DNA of 64,000 nt from Octopus sinensis (lineage: Eukaryota). Positions 50,101-62,962 of this stretch are shown one piece after another. A model generated the notes under the pieces. That model did no database searches. It had not been told where the DNA came from and saw only the letters and a list, made by a program, of their open reading frames with translations. The stretch is from NCBI RefSeq assembly GCF_006345805.1, contig NC_043013.1:23188001-23252000 (forward strand), in the 5' to 3' direction. The position numbers were made by a program, and so were the translations under genes. How positions within the stretch are numbered: the stretch's first letter is position 1; each line of letters opens with the position of its first letter.

Positions 50101-53100
50101 ACAGGCTTCCTCCAGTTTCCATCTACCAAATCTACTCTTAAGGCTTTGGTTAGCCCAAGACTGCAGTAAGCTCTAGTGTCCAAAGTACTGCATATGGGGA
50201 CTGAACCTGGAACCATGTGCTTGGGAAGCAGACTTCTTACCACACAGCCACACCTGCTGATCTATTCCTGACAGTCAAGGGAACTGAAGAATGCTGGATT
50301 GTGTGGTGTCCTACCTTATAACAAAAGATCTTTGATGAATCTGGGCTGAAGAACTAACCATTTGGTGATTTTCCAGTTTGAGTTGGGTGGATGAAATGGG
50401 GCCAAATGTGGACGGAAAAGGGTCTGGGATACAGGAACAAAATAAAGTTAATGTGACAAAGAATGATATGGAATGTCAAGAGATGTAAGACCACTTAGTA
50501 TTGTGGTTGTTTAGCCCTAGGTTGATCCTAAATGTACCAACCTATAGCAAAAGGCAGCCAACCATGACCACGCCGCTCAAACTACGTTAACCAATGTATC
50601 CTTCCTTAATTTTAGATTGTAGTATGTGATTTAAAGGAGGTTGGATATTTCTAGCAAGTCCAGAGAAGCTGTACTTTTATTTAGAAAAATTCATTAGTTT
50701 AGTGTGAAACGTAAAGGTTATTAATTATATATTGTTTATACCAAGAATTGTCGCTTGTTTATTGGGCATTGTTTTTTTGTTTTTTTTTTCCAGGCGACAA
50801 CTGATGGAGAAATACCTGAAAGGGAGGAGGAGTTTTTTGTGAAATACAAAAACTAGTAAGTAGAATAAACTTTTCCATATTAACACCAAAGAGCATCATG
50901 GCAATTTTTGTTCATGAAATCAACATTCTACTCAATTATCTTTCTAAATGAATTTTTAAAAGATAGGTTTTAATTCATTTTAATTACAATACAGAATAGA
51001 AATGCTATTTAAGTCTTTTACATAACATATATTAATCATTTGAAGGTGGCGAGCTGGCAGAAACGTTAGCATGCCGGGCGAAATGCTTAGCAGTATTTTG
51101 TCTGTCGCTACGTTCTGAGTTCAAATTCCGCCGAGGTCGACTTTGCCTTTCATCCTTTCGGGGGTCGATAAATTAAGTACCAGTTCACTGGGGTCGATGT
51201 AATCGACTTAATCCGTTTGTCTGTCCTTATTTGTCCCGTCTGTGTTTAGCCCCTTGTGGGTAGTAAAGAAATATATATTAATCATTTGAAACATGTCCAT
51301 TGGTTTATTTACCTTCCATTGTCTTCACCAGAAAAAAAAGATTACGTCTGATAGTTTATCATCTTTAATCATAGCACCTACCAAAAAGGTTTAAGTATTT
51401 TCAAACTTGAGTTTCCTGTCACAGTTTCTTCAACATTTACAAACTCCACCTGTCTAACACCCGTGGACATGTTTACAAAGTCAGAAAACAGCACAGCTCC
51501 CATGACTTTCGGAAGCATTTTTTTCACACTAAGAGTTGCTGAAACATGGAACAAACTGCCGGCATCAGTTGTTGTTGGAGCACTGCATCCTTCAAAACTT
51601 CCATGCTTCCTGAGATTCGCCAACACTACACCTAATTTTCTCCTCTCCATACACACGCAAGCATGTATCTGACTCATACACTGTTCACTTCCCAGGAATT
51701 TGTACATTAAGGCACATGCTTTATACGCACTTTCTGACAAGTTGTGGTGCACCTGAGCACTGTATACAATAATTTCATTATTATCATTATTATTATATTA
51801 TTATTATCTGCAGCCATGGCCTGTCTGCCATGTCATGATGGATGTTATTTTTCGTAGAATTTCTGCTCAAACTTGTGGGTAAGTTATTGGTGTGTTGGAG
51901 TAGTAGCCTCCTGAAGTATAAGATCAAGCCAGTTAACCAAAATAAAAAAAAAAAAGAGGATAAGATAGGGATTACTCGAACCTTTTGGCAGAAGGGTTTA
52001 TATCAGGGACACTCAGGAAAATGACTGAATTAGCAATTTCCTAAAACACTCTAAAATTGATTTCAAAAGGTGTTTGAATATTTTTATGGTGAAGAACTGG
52101 AGTCCTTGCCCTAAAAACAGTGTAGTCAACTTGAGTGTTTGCATTGATAGGGTGATACTAGTCTTAAATGTTAATTTTGGTGACAATAATTCATGCAATG
52201 AATCAAAGAGCCTTGAATTTCCTGTCACAGTTTCTTCAACATTTACATAGCAACTCACCATCTCTTAGAAATTAAACTGTCACTCGCTACAGAGAACCTA
52301 TCATCCATACACAACATTCATGGTCTTGTATGATGCTTGGAGGAACTTTATGCTTGTATTATATTTGTATATTTATCATATGATGCTTTAATGAAAGAAT
52401 GCCGACTGAAAATCACCCTCAAAATACAAGAACTTGCATCAGAGTTGTCATACGACACTGACATAGAAAATTCTCCAAAACAATTATATTTTTTAAAAAT
52501 TCTCCTGCAACACCATACACACAACTGGTCAGCTTATGTTGTAATATTTAAACACTGCTTCATGTCTTATTTCTACATAAACACACACACACAGAGTCTC
52601 TCTCTCTCACTTGCAAACCCACTACAATGCAAAATATTGCATTTTACTTGACCACTATCACCATAACACCAGTGTCCAGTGCTTACACCAAAAACCAACC
52701 ACATACTGCCCGTACCGTCTCTAAATCGCTTGATAAACTTGCAGTCATCAAAGTATCTCTGACCAACAACAATTCTACAAAAACAAACCCCAAACACACA
52801 CACTCATTAGAATACAAATTATTCAGTGACACAAAATAAATACAACTAAACGGAGACTGTGTACAGAGCACGGGCCTCAAATGTTCACAAAGCTGCCTAA
52901 TGACGTAGTCTACAGTTTCCATTGCATACACAAAACGAAATACCTTTTGGATATTTTTGAGACATTGGAATTCATGAATGGATGTAAACAAGTGATGAAA
53001 GGCTGTGATAAGCATTGGAATTGGATGACTGTCATGGTGCTGATGAAGCTTAAGACAATGCTTGGTTAATACTTTCAGTTCCTATCTGCATTCTGAATGG

Positions 53101-56100
53101 AAGACGGTGAAGGAACTATTGACAGACAAACGCATCCATATGAAAGTGAAGCGTTACAAGATGAAACAACTCAACAGAAGCACTTTCTCAATGGTGAGGC
53201 AGCCAACTTTTTGTTTTCTTTTATGTCTTGAAGGAAATGTATCGGTTATTAATATTTTAAATGTTTCTAAAGTAAATATCTTTGTTGATATAAGTATTCG
53301 TTCTAAAAGAAAAATATTCACAACAATTACAAAAATATTCACGATATTCTGTGTAATGTGTGTGTGTGTGTGTGAATGAATGAGTTCTTATTTCCTTTGC
53401 CTCTCCTTTTCCTTTTTTTTTTTATTTGTTGATTGTAAACAGTGGCTTCATTAATGGTGTCAATTGATTGTAGTCCCCCCCCGCCTGAAAATTCATGTCT
53501 GGCTTTTAGGCATGTCTTGATATGTTGTATAATCTTTGTAAACAGAAGCCTCATCCATGGTGTTGTTTGTTTCCAGTCCAGGTTGTTGTTCAGTAGATTG
53601 GGAAATTATTATCTCACTTGGAAACAAATTAGGGTCGGCAACAGGAAGAGCGTTCAGCTGTAAAAAAACTCTGCCCCAACGTATTCACATTTGACACATG
53701 CAAGCAGGGAACAGTAAATATTAAAATGACGAGCTGGCAAGCTGGAGGCAGGGCTGCATCAGCCCCACACATACACATATATGGACAATAGACTTCTGTC
53801 AGTTCTCATCTACCAAATCCATCCCCAAGGCTTTGGCCAGCTTATGGTTATAGCAGGAGATTCTTGCACTTTGTGGTGCACCTGAGCATTGTATACAATA
53901 ATTTCATTATTATTATTATTATTATTATTATATATGATGATGGTGATGCTTTAGATAGCTTAATGCCTTTGAGCAGAATCCAATTTGGAATATGTATTTA
54001 TGCAAATATATGTACTGGTAATGAATATGTATATGGAATCTACCCAGGTGTTTCATAAACATATATTTAGTCAGGTTGAGAAATTAAACCCCAAAATTTA
54101 ATGTTTGGGCTGTGACAGGATATGAACTGTCAGCCCCTTTGTTGATTGTTCTGTACTCTAACAGCTTGGCAGTTCACCATCATCACCACCATCATTTTCA
54201 CGTCCACTTTTTCATTCTCTGCATGGGTCAGAAGGAATTTATTGAGGCAGATTTAATGCAAAATTTCACATTGGCTCTTTGTTTCTGTCCATGACAAAAT
54301 CGTAGACTACAGCAGACACGTGTGATCCCAAAAACACAATTTTCACAACTTGCAATGTAAACACAACAATGTCACTCGGCATACTGCCATCTGTTGGCGA
54401 ACTAGCCTGGAAAAATTTTGATATTGCAGGGATACAAAATAGAAGTCATAATTGAAAACTTAAATAATTTTATTATGGAATATTTCCATTCTTTAAAATC
54501 TCATACTAATAAATTTATTAAATGTTTTTGTTCTTTCAATCCAGACATACGAAATATTCTAAACACACTTGCTTATCTCCCTTCGTATTATGACGACTCC
54601 CTCATATGAACCGTTGTTGTTTACAAATAGTGTTTATATGAAGATCTCAGCTGTTCATGTTTGCTGTTATGAGTTGTTAGTTATAAGGGAAATAATTAGT
54701 GAGGCTATAAAAACTGAATCTAATAAATCTGATGAAATAAGCGAACATAAAGCAGTGAGATTTATTACTCTTGCAATATAAATATTGTCATAATGAAATA
54801 AACTGTGTGTGAGAAAGATAGAATGAGACTCTTTCATGTCTCCCTTTTTTTGTATCAACTGCTGTTTCTCTTTCTCACTTCTTAGCTGCTTCTTTCTCCA
54901 CCTCTTTCACTAACTGCTTTGTGCTGGTGTGTGTATGTATGTATATATATATAAGAAAACCATCCGAACGTGGCCGTAGCCAGTACCGCATCGACTGGCC
55001 TCCGTGCTGGTGGCACGTAACAAACACCATCCGATCGTGGCCGTGCCAGCCTCGCCTGGCCTCCGTGCCAGTGGCACGTAAAAAACACCACCCGAGCATG
55101 GCTGTTCGCCAGCCTCGTCTGGCACCTGTGTCGGTGGCACATAAAAAGCACCCACTACACTCACGGAGTGGTTGGCGTTAGGAAGGGCATCCAGCTGTAG
55201 AAACACTGCCAGATCTGACTGGCCTGGTGCAGCCTTTGGGCTTCCCAGACCCCAGTTGAACCGTCCAACCCATGCTAGCATGGAAAGCGGACGTTAAACG
55301 ATGATGATGATATATATATGATAATATTTTGTTAGCTTAAAGCTTATAAGGGATCACTGTATAATGTCTAAAGAATATAGTTTAATGTGGGGACATTTTA
55401 TTTAGTCATTACACAGTGTTCGCTTATGAGCTTTAAGCTTATCAAATATAATTATTATTATTATTTACAGAATTGTAAAAACCAACTCTGCTTACCAAAC
55501 ACCATCACAATGTGTGTGTGTGCATGCATACATACATACATACATACATACATAAACACTCACATATACATACATATGGAGGTGTGGCTATGTGATAAGA
55601 GGTAGTTTGCTTTCCAAGTGGATGGTTCTGGGTTCAGTCCCACTGCATGGCATGTTGGGCAAGAATCTCCTGCTATAACCTTAAGCTGACCAAAGCCTTG
55701 TGGATGGATTTGGTTGATGGGAACTGACAGAAGTCTATTGTTCCTACATGTGTATGTGTGGGGCTGATGCAGCCCTGCCTCCAGCTTGCCAGCTCTGGTC
55801 ACATCATCCAACCCATGGACTGGAAACATTAAATGATCATGATCATGATGATGATTCTTTTCCTTGACAGCATATAATAATTGCAAGTGGTGTCCTTCGT
55901 CTCCAACGTTCATGGAGTCCTGTCCAGTCGTGAAGAAATATTACCTTATTTGGAAACAGGTGAGGCTTGGCAACAGGAAACACCTGCAGCTGTAGAAAAT
56001 CTACCTTGATAAATGCCATATGATCCATGCGAGCATCAAAAAGTGGATGTTAAAATGATGGTGAAGTACAAGATGGTATAATTCTGTAGTGTGCCAACAG

Positions 56101-59100
56101 ATGGCAGCACATGGATGCATGCATAGTGAGAAATAGCAATGACCTTCTTGAGGCAGTGTGCTGAGTGACATCACTGCGTTTGCTTTGCAAGTTGTGAAAT
56201 TTGTGTTTTTGTGATCCCGTGTGTAGGCTGTAGTCTTTTTTTGCCATGGACAGGAACAAAGAGCCAACGTGGAATTTTGTGTTAAACTTGGGAAGTCTGC
56301 TACAAAGTCATTGAGCATGCTTTGACAAACTTATGTTGACAAGGCAACGGGTTGTATGCAATGTTTTGAATGGCCTGGGCGCTTCTGAAGCAGAAGAATG
56401 TCTCTGGTTGGTGTGTGGTGTGGAAGGCTTGCCATGAGTGTTACTCCTGCAAATGTGCATAAAAAATTCCTCTTCCAGGGGCCAGACCGTCAATCGAGGG
56501 TCCTACTACGATGTTTTGAAGCATTTGAGGGAGGACATTCTGTGAAAACGACCAGAACTGTGGAGTATGAAGAATTGGGTTTTTCACCAAACTCTCCTTT
56601 TCACCAAAAACAACAAGGTATCACTTCCACATCTGGCTTTTCCACCAGATTTAGCCCTTCCATCTCTTCCCCAAGATGAAAATGTCGCTCAAAGGTCACC
56701 GTTTTAACACTGTTGTCGAAATTAAGAGCAAATTGCAGACAAGGTCCTTGACTCACTTTTGGGAAACGACTTCCACACAGGATTCCAAAAGTGACAGGAA
56801 TGCGGGACTGGTGTATTGTTGCACAAGGGGATTATTTCGAAGGAGATGATGTTAAATGTAACTTAGTCTGTGAACCTTTTAATACTGCCTTGTGGCTGTT
56901 TATAATGATGTTAATTCTGAATTTTACAGACAGAAGAAGAAGAGCTTTTTAATCCCGACTACGTCGAAGTGGATCGAGTCTTGGAGGTTGCTCACTCAAT
57001 TGATCCCAAAACAAAAGAGAAAGTTGTCCATTATTTGGTCAAGTGGACCAGCCTACCCTATGAAGAGAGTACATGGGAACTCCCTCAAGATGTTGATCCT
57101 AAAAAAATTGTTACTTTTAACAAATTACAAATACCACCCAGTGAAGAAAAAAGAAAGGTAAACTCAGTAATCCGTTATTCTGTTTTCACTTGATTATGTT
57201 GTGTTGTACTGATTCTGTTGTTCTTGTTCTTTACTGATTCTGTTGTTCTTGTCTTAACTGATTCTGTTGTTCTTGTTCTTTACTGATTCTGTTGTTCTTG
57301 TTCTTTACTGATTCTGTTGTTCCTGTTCTTTACTGATTCTGTTGTTCTTGTCTTTACTGATTCTGTTGTTCCTATTCTTTACTGATTCTGTTGTTCCTGT
57401 TCTTTACTGATTCTGTTTTTCTTGTTCTTTACTGATTCTGTTGTTCTTGTTTTAACTGATTCTGCTGTTCCTATTCTTTACTGATTCTGTTTTTCTTGTT
57501 CTTTACTGATTCTGTTGTTCTTGTCTTAACTGATTCTGTTGTTCTTGTTCTTCACTGATTCTGTTGTTCCTGTTCTTCACTGATTCTGTTGTTCTTGTTC
57601 TTCACTGATTCTGTTGTTCCTGTTCTTCACTGATTCTGTTGTTCTTGTTCTTTACTGATTCTGTTGTTCTCGTCTTAACTGATTCTGTTGTTCCTATTCT
57701 TTACTGATTCTGTTGTTCTTGTTCTTTACTGATTCTGTTGTTCTTGTCTTAACTGATTCTGCTGTTCCTATTCTTTACTGATTCTGTTGTTCTTGTTCTT
57801 TACTGATTCTATTGTTCCTGTTCTTCACTGATTCTGTTGTTCCTGTTCTTCACTGATTCTGTTGTTCCTGTTCTTCACTGGTTTTGTTGTTTTGTTCTGT
57901 AATTATTCTCTTGTTTTATTCTGTAGTGATTTTGTTGTATTCTTTTTCCTGCTTTTTCTTTTCAATTATAATGTGGAATGTTAAATGTGTCTTAGTAGTT
58001 TGAAGTTTTTATCATACATTTCAATCAATGTAGTTCCTAAATGTCATATTTCACAGCAATATCTGTGAAATAAGAGAGAACTTTTTCAATCATGCAAATA
58101 AGTTTGTGTACCTCACCTAGGGACATACCAGTGTTGTTATTATTATTGTTGTAGTAAATATAACAGCAACAGTTTCATCTGAATACCTTGTGGTTATTAG
58201 TTCCAAAATTTTATCTGCACTGCTCAGCCATTGTAGCTTTACATCCAGTTTAAGGTTAATTTAGCCGTTCATCATTTTCAGAAAAAATATAAGCAGATAA
58301 TTATGTTAAAAAATGAAGGTGTGTGTGTGTGTGTGTGCATGTGAAAAGGTATTGTGACCGTATGTGTAAAATATGTCAGCAATCTTTAGACATTAAACAT
58401 GTCTATGTTATGGACATTTTTAAAACGACCCATAAATTAATTAGATATTAAATGGGACATTTTGAAACCTGACCTTCGTCTTTCAACCCAATAACTTTCT
58501 TGAGTTGGCTGAGTTAATAGTCAGCTGGTCTGTTATTAGTTAAAAGTGGGTTTAGTTGTTTGGTGTCTGTTATTCTTTGCTTGCATCAGTTGAACGAATA
58601 TGTTATTTGAGGCATTGTTTAGAGCCAGTTGCCCTTCCTGGCATTAAGGGATTCCTTATTCCACACAGTTTCAAAGGCCTGAAGTGAGCTGTCAACTTGT
58701 TGATAGGAAAAACACCACCACTAGGCACACTTTTTTTCCAAGTGGTCCCTTTCTCTCTCACTCCTGCGCACGCAGGGACATAGCTGTTGGTTAAGATACT
58801 TGCTTCCCAAGCACATGGTTTTAGTTTCAATCTGAGTATGTGGCACCTTGGGCCAAGTGTCTTATATTATTGTCCCAGGTTGACCAAAGCCTTGTGAGTG
58901 GATTTGGGAGACAGGAACTGAGTGTGTGTGTGTGTGTGTCTGCCTCCTTATCTTGACATCACATGGGTATTGTACATGAGTGTTGTTGTCATACGAGCTG
59001 CGTTTATATTTTACCAGTTGTTGTGTGGTTGCTGGTTAATGATGGTCCGTGATAATATACTTCAAATGTCTGATTGCTATTGCCGAAGTGGATGGCTTTA

Positions 59101-62100
59101 TTACTATTGTTGTAGTGGATGTGTGGATGTTGCCGTTGACTGCGTGAATAATAATAATAGAAGCAAACTGACAAACATTTAACCATGATATTTCTTGCCG
59201 GACATAATGGACGATCTTGATAATTGCCAGTTGGGAGAGAGAGAAAAACTGCTCTGTGAAAATGGAAGGCGGCTATCTGTGGGAAATTGTGTGGTGTGTC
59301 TGAATGTCTGGAGTTGTTTGCACAAAAGCCCAAGGCAGTCTGTGGCATCACTGGTCTGTTGGCTGTCTCAGTTTGGCTGCCTCAACTCCCTGCATTGAGT
59401 TAAGCATCAAACTGTTTTTATGAGATGATGGAGGATAGATTTTAGAAGATCTGAATAAGCCGTATCCTTTCACAGCTTCATGCTGACTGGTCAATGTATA
59501 GATCGATCACGTGAAACTGGTGGCTCACTGGTGCTCAACTGAGTCTCTAACGATTAGGGTCTGAATCCCCGTTACACAACCTCCCATGAAAATATATCTG
59601 GTTATAGGGAAATATTACCTTACTTGGAGACAGGTGTACATTGGGCATCCAGCCATAGAAAATCTGCCCCAACAAATTCCATCCGACCCCTGCCAATATG
59701 GGGCTACATTAGAAGACAAAAACAAATAGGAAAGAATAAAAGATCTGGAGAAATGTGGGACCCTATCATTTTTGTTTCTTTGTTTTGTGTATTGTTAAAT
59801 ATTTCAATAAATTAAATTTTGCCTTTTCTTTTTGAAGCCCAAAGAAAGACCACACCCTTCTGGGTGGAAGAAACTAGAAGTATCTCGAAATTATGAAAAC
59901 AACAACAGATTAAGAGAATACCAGCTGGAAGGTGTAAACTGGTTAACGTTTAGTTGGTATAAAGTGTGAGTATTTATTCACTATATATATATCCCTCTCT
60001 CTCTTTCGGAGAAGCACTGAGCAGCTATACACACACATACACACACGGCAGTAACTCCCGCCTACCGAATTCAATCACAAAGCTCCGGTCGGCTCGGAGC
60101 TATAGCGGAAGACACCTACCCAAAGTGCCACGCAGTGGGACTGAACCCGAAACCATGTAGTTAGGAAGCAAGCTCCCTAACCACACAGCCATGCCCACGC
60201 CTATATATATATATATATAGTGTATGTGTGCGTGTGTGTGATTCTCTGCTGTTATTTTATTGTGTACAGTTAATTAGAAATATGGACAAGTTTGTAATTC
60301 CTAAATTTTGCATTGTGAGAGAAATTTGTTTGAGAAATTGTGAAGCATGTCCATGTGTTTATGTATATACATATTTCTTTGACTGGTACCTGTTGGTGAG
60401 ATAATTGATGAGCTGGATTAGTGCATTGAAATGAATTTATTTTGTTGTACCAGTCTCTCTTCCAAGTTGTACAGAGTCTGTTTTGTAACGTGTGTGTGTG
60501 TGTGTGTTTCTTTTGACAAAAAATTTAAACATTTGACTCTTAAATGAAAATACCTTTTGTGATATTTGTTCTGCCCGAGTTCTTGAGATAATCCTTTATC
60601 AATTGCCATTGCAAATGTACTGATCTACTGATTGGCCTGTTCGAATCCTATAACCAACAATGCTTATTCTCCATAAAATATCTGATATAGAATAAACCAA
60701 AGAACAACATTTAATTCAAAATCCAACAGAATGACCTGTTGTTGATGCGCTCAGCCTCTCTAATACGTCTCTCTTTCTCTCTCTTCTCCACTGACAGGCA
60801 AAACTGCATCTTAGCTGATGAGATGGGTTTAGGTAAAACGATTCAAAGTATCACATTTCTTAATGAAATTGATCTCTATGGTATTCCTGGACCATTTTTG
60901 ATAATTGCACCACTGTCAACCATATGTAACTGGCAAAGAGAGTTTGAGACTTGGACAGAAATGAATGCTATTCTCTATCATGGATCGTAAGTACAAACCA
61001 CCTCCTGCAACTCTTTCACTCTTTCATTCATTTTTACAGCTCACCTACCCCACCACTCTCTCTCTCTCTCTCTCTCCCTCTCCCTCCCCATCTCTTTGCT
61101 TTTTATTTATCTGTTCCCTTTCCGTTTCTTTCCTGTGTCTTCACATTTGTTTACACACTTAAAGCATAAAATGATGTCACTACTTAATCACTGGCTTTTG
61201 AGATAGTCATCATGCTAAAGGCTAATGAAACCAGTTCCTTACTTGGCAACAGGAAGGACATAAAATACTGCCTGAATAAGTCTTGTGTAACCATGCCACA
61301 TGAAAAAGGAGATACAAAAATGATGATGATGATAGACAATATAAATACAGAGAAATGGTTAGCACCGAGAATTGAAACCTTGTTTTGAGATTGACTTTTT
61401 CATGAGACCTGAAACACTGGCAATATTATTTTCTACTCTAGGTGCAAGGCCTGAAATTTTGGGGGAGTGGGTGGGGGTCCAGTTGATTAGATCAACCCCA
61501 GTACGCAACTGGTGCTTAATTTATTGACCCCGAAAGGCAAAGTTAACCTTGGTGGAATTTGAATTCATAATGTAAAGACAGATGAAATACCGCTAAGCAT
61601 TTCGCCCTGCGTGCTAACGTTTCTGCCAGCTCACTGCCTTTGAAACGGTGACAATATTGTTTCAGTCCATGTTATGTTTTGTTTTCTTATATTTTACTGG
61701 ATGTTCCTTATCTGTACAAAGCAAATCATTTGACTGTTTCACGAAGGACTGCATCACAGCTTCTCTCGTCTCTTATATCAGACTAGTATTACCAACAGTG
61801 TCATCTGTGGTAGACAAAATGCCTCTTGGTCATCAAATTTTGAATTCAAATCCTGCCAGGGTTATCTTACCAGGTTTGAGAAAATATGGTGGCAGCCAAG
61901 TGTGAGGGACGATTTACCATTCCTATAAAGGCAACATCCTAGATGGGAATGTAATTAAGATAGAAGAAATATGTCTTTATGTGAGGAATCCCCCTTATTT
62001 CTTTTCCCATTCTTTCTCTTTCACTCACACCTGTACCTGTATGTTGTAGAGTTTCTCTTTTTTTCTCTCAAAGCCTTTTTCTTCTTTCAGCAACACCAGC

Positions 62101-62919
62101 AGACACATGATTCAGGAGTATGAAATGTATTATAAAGATGATGTGAGTTCACCTCTCTCTCTCTCTCTCTCTTGCTGGTCTAAATCTCCTACATATCTCT
62201 AGATATCTGAATTTGGTGCTGTAGATTTAATGATTTGCTCCTCAGCAGGCACAAAATCATTTTTTTCCATACTGCTGAGTACAACAACAACAATAATAAT
62301 AATAATAATAACAATAATGATAATAATAATACCCACTGACTGGCTCCCATGCTGGTAGAATGTAAAAAGCATCATCCGAATGTGGCCGATGCCAGTGTCC
62401 GCTGACTGGCTCCTGTACTGGTGGCACATAAAAAGCACTATGTGAACCTAATCAATGCCAGGGCTACCTGACTGGCTCCTGTGCCGATGGCACATAAAGG
62501 ACACCCACCATACTCAGAGTGGTAGGCCTCAGGAAGGGTATCCAGCTGTAGAAACAATTCCAGATCAGATTGGAGCCTGGTGCAGCTGCTGGCTTCATAG
62601 ACCTCAGTCAAACCGTCCAACCCATGCCAGCATGGAAAACGTTTGTTAAACGATGATGATGATGATGGTGACAGTAAAACGTACTGAAGATGAACGCTAC
62701 AAATTACCTGAAACCATACATAAATTATCAAAATATTTGATATTATTAATTGATCATCCTTATAATAATTTGGTAATGATGAAAGTAAATAGTAAAGCAG
62801 ATCAAAAGGATGAATTTTTCTTATGTGCAATAAATAAATCAATAAATAAATACTTATTTGATGTATGCACTGGGGAATCTTGAATCCGTTTTAAATTTGA
62901 CATGTATGTATGCATAGAG

Positions 62920-62962
<43 letters not shown>

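Noticed and set aside
57208-57898. CRISPR-like regular array of ~25-bp repeats
   Set aside because: Units are head-to-tail with no unique spacers, there are no cas genes, and the context is a eukaryotic intron. It is a minisatellite.
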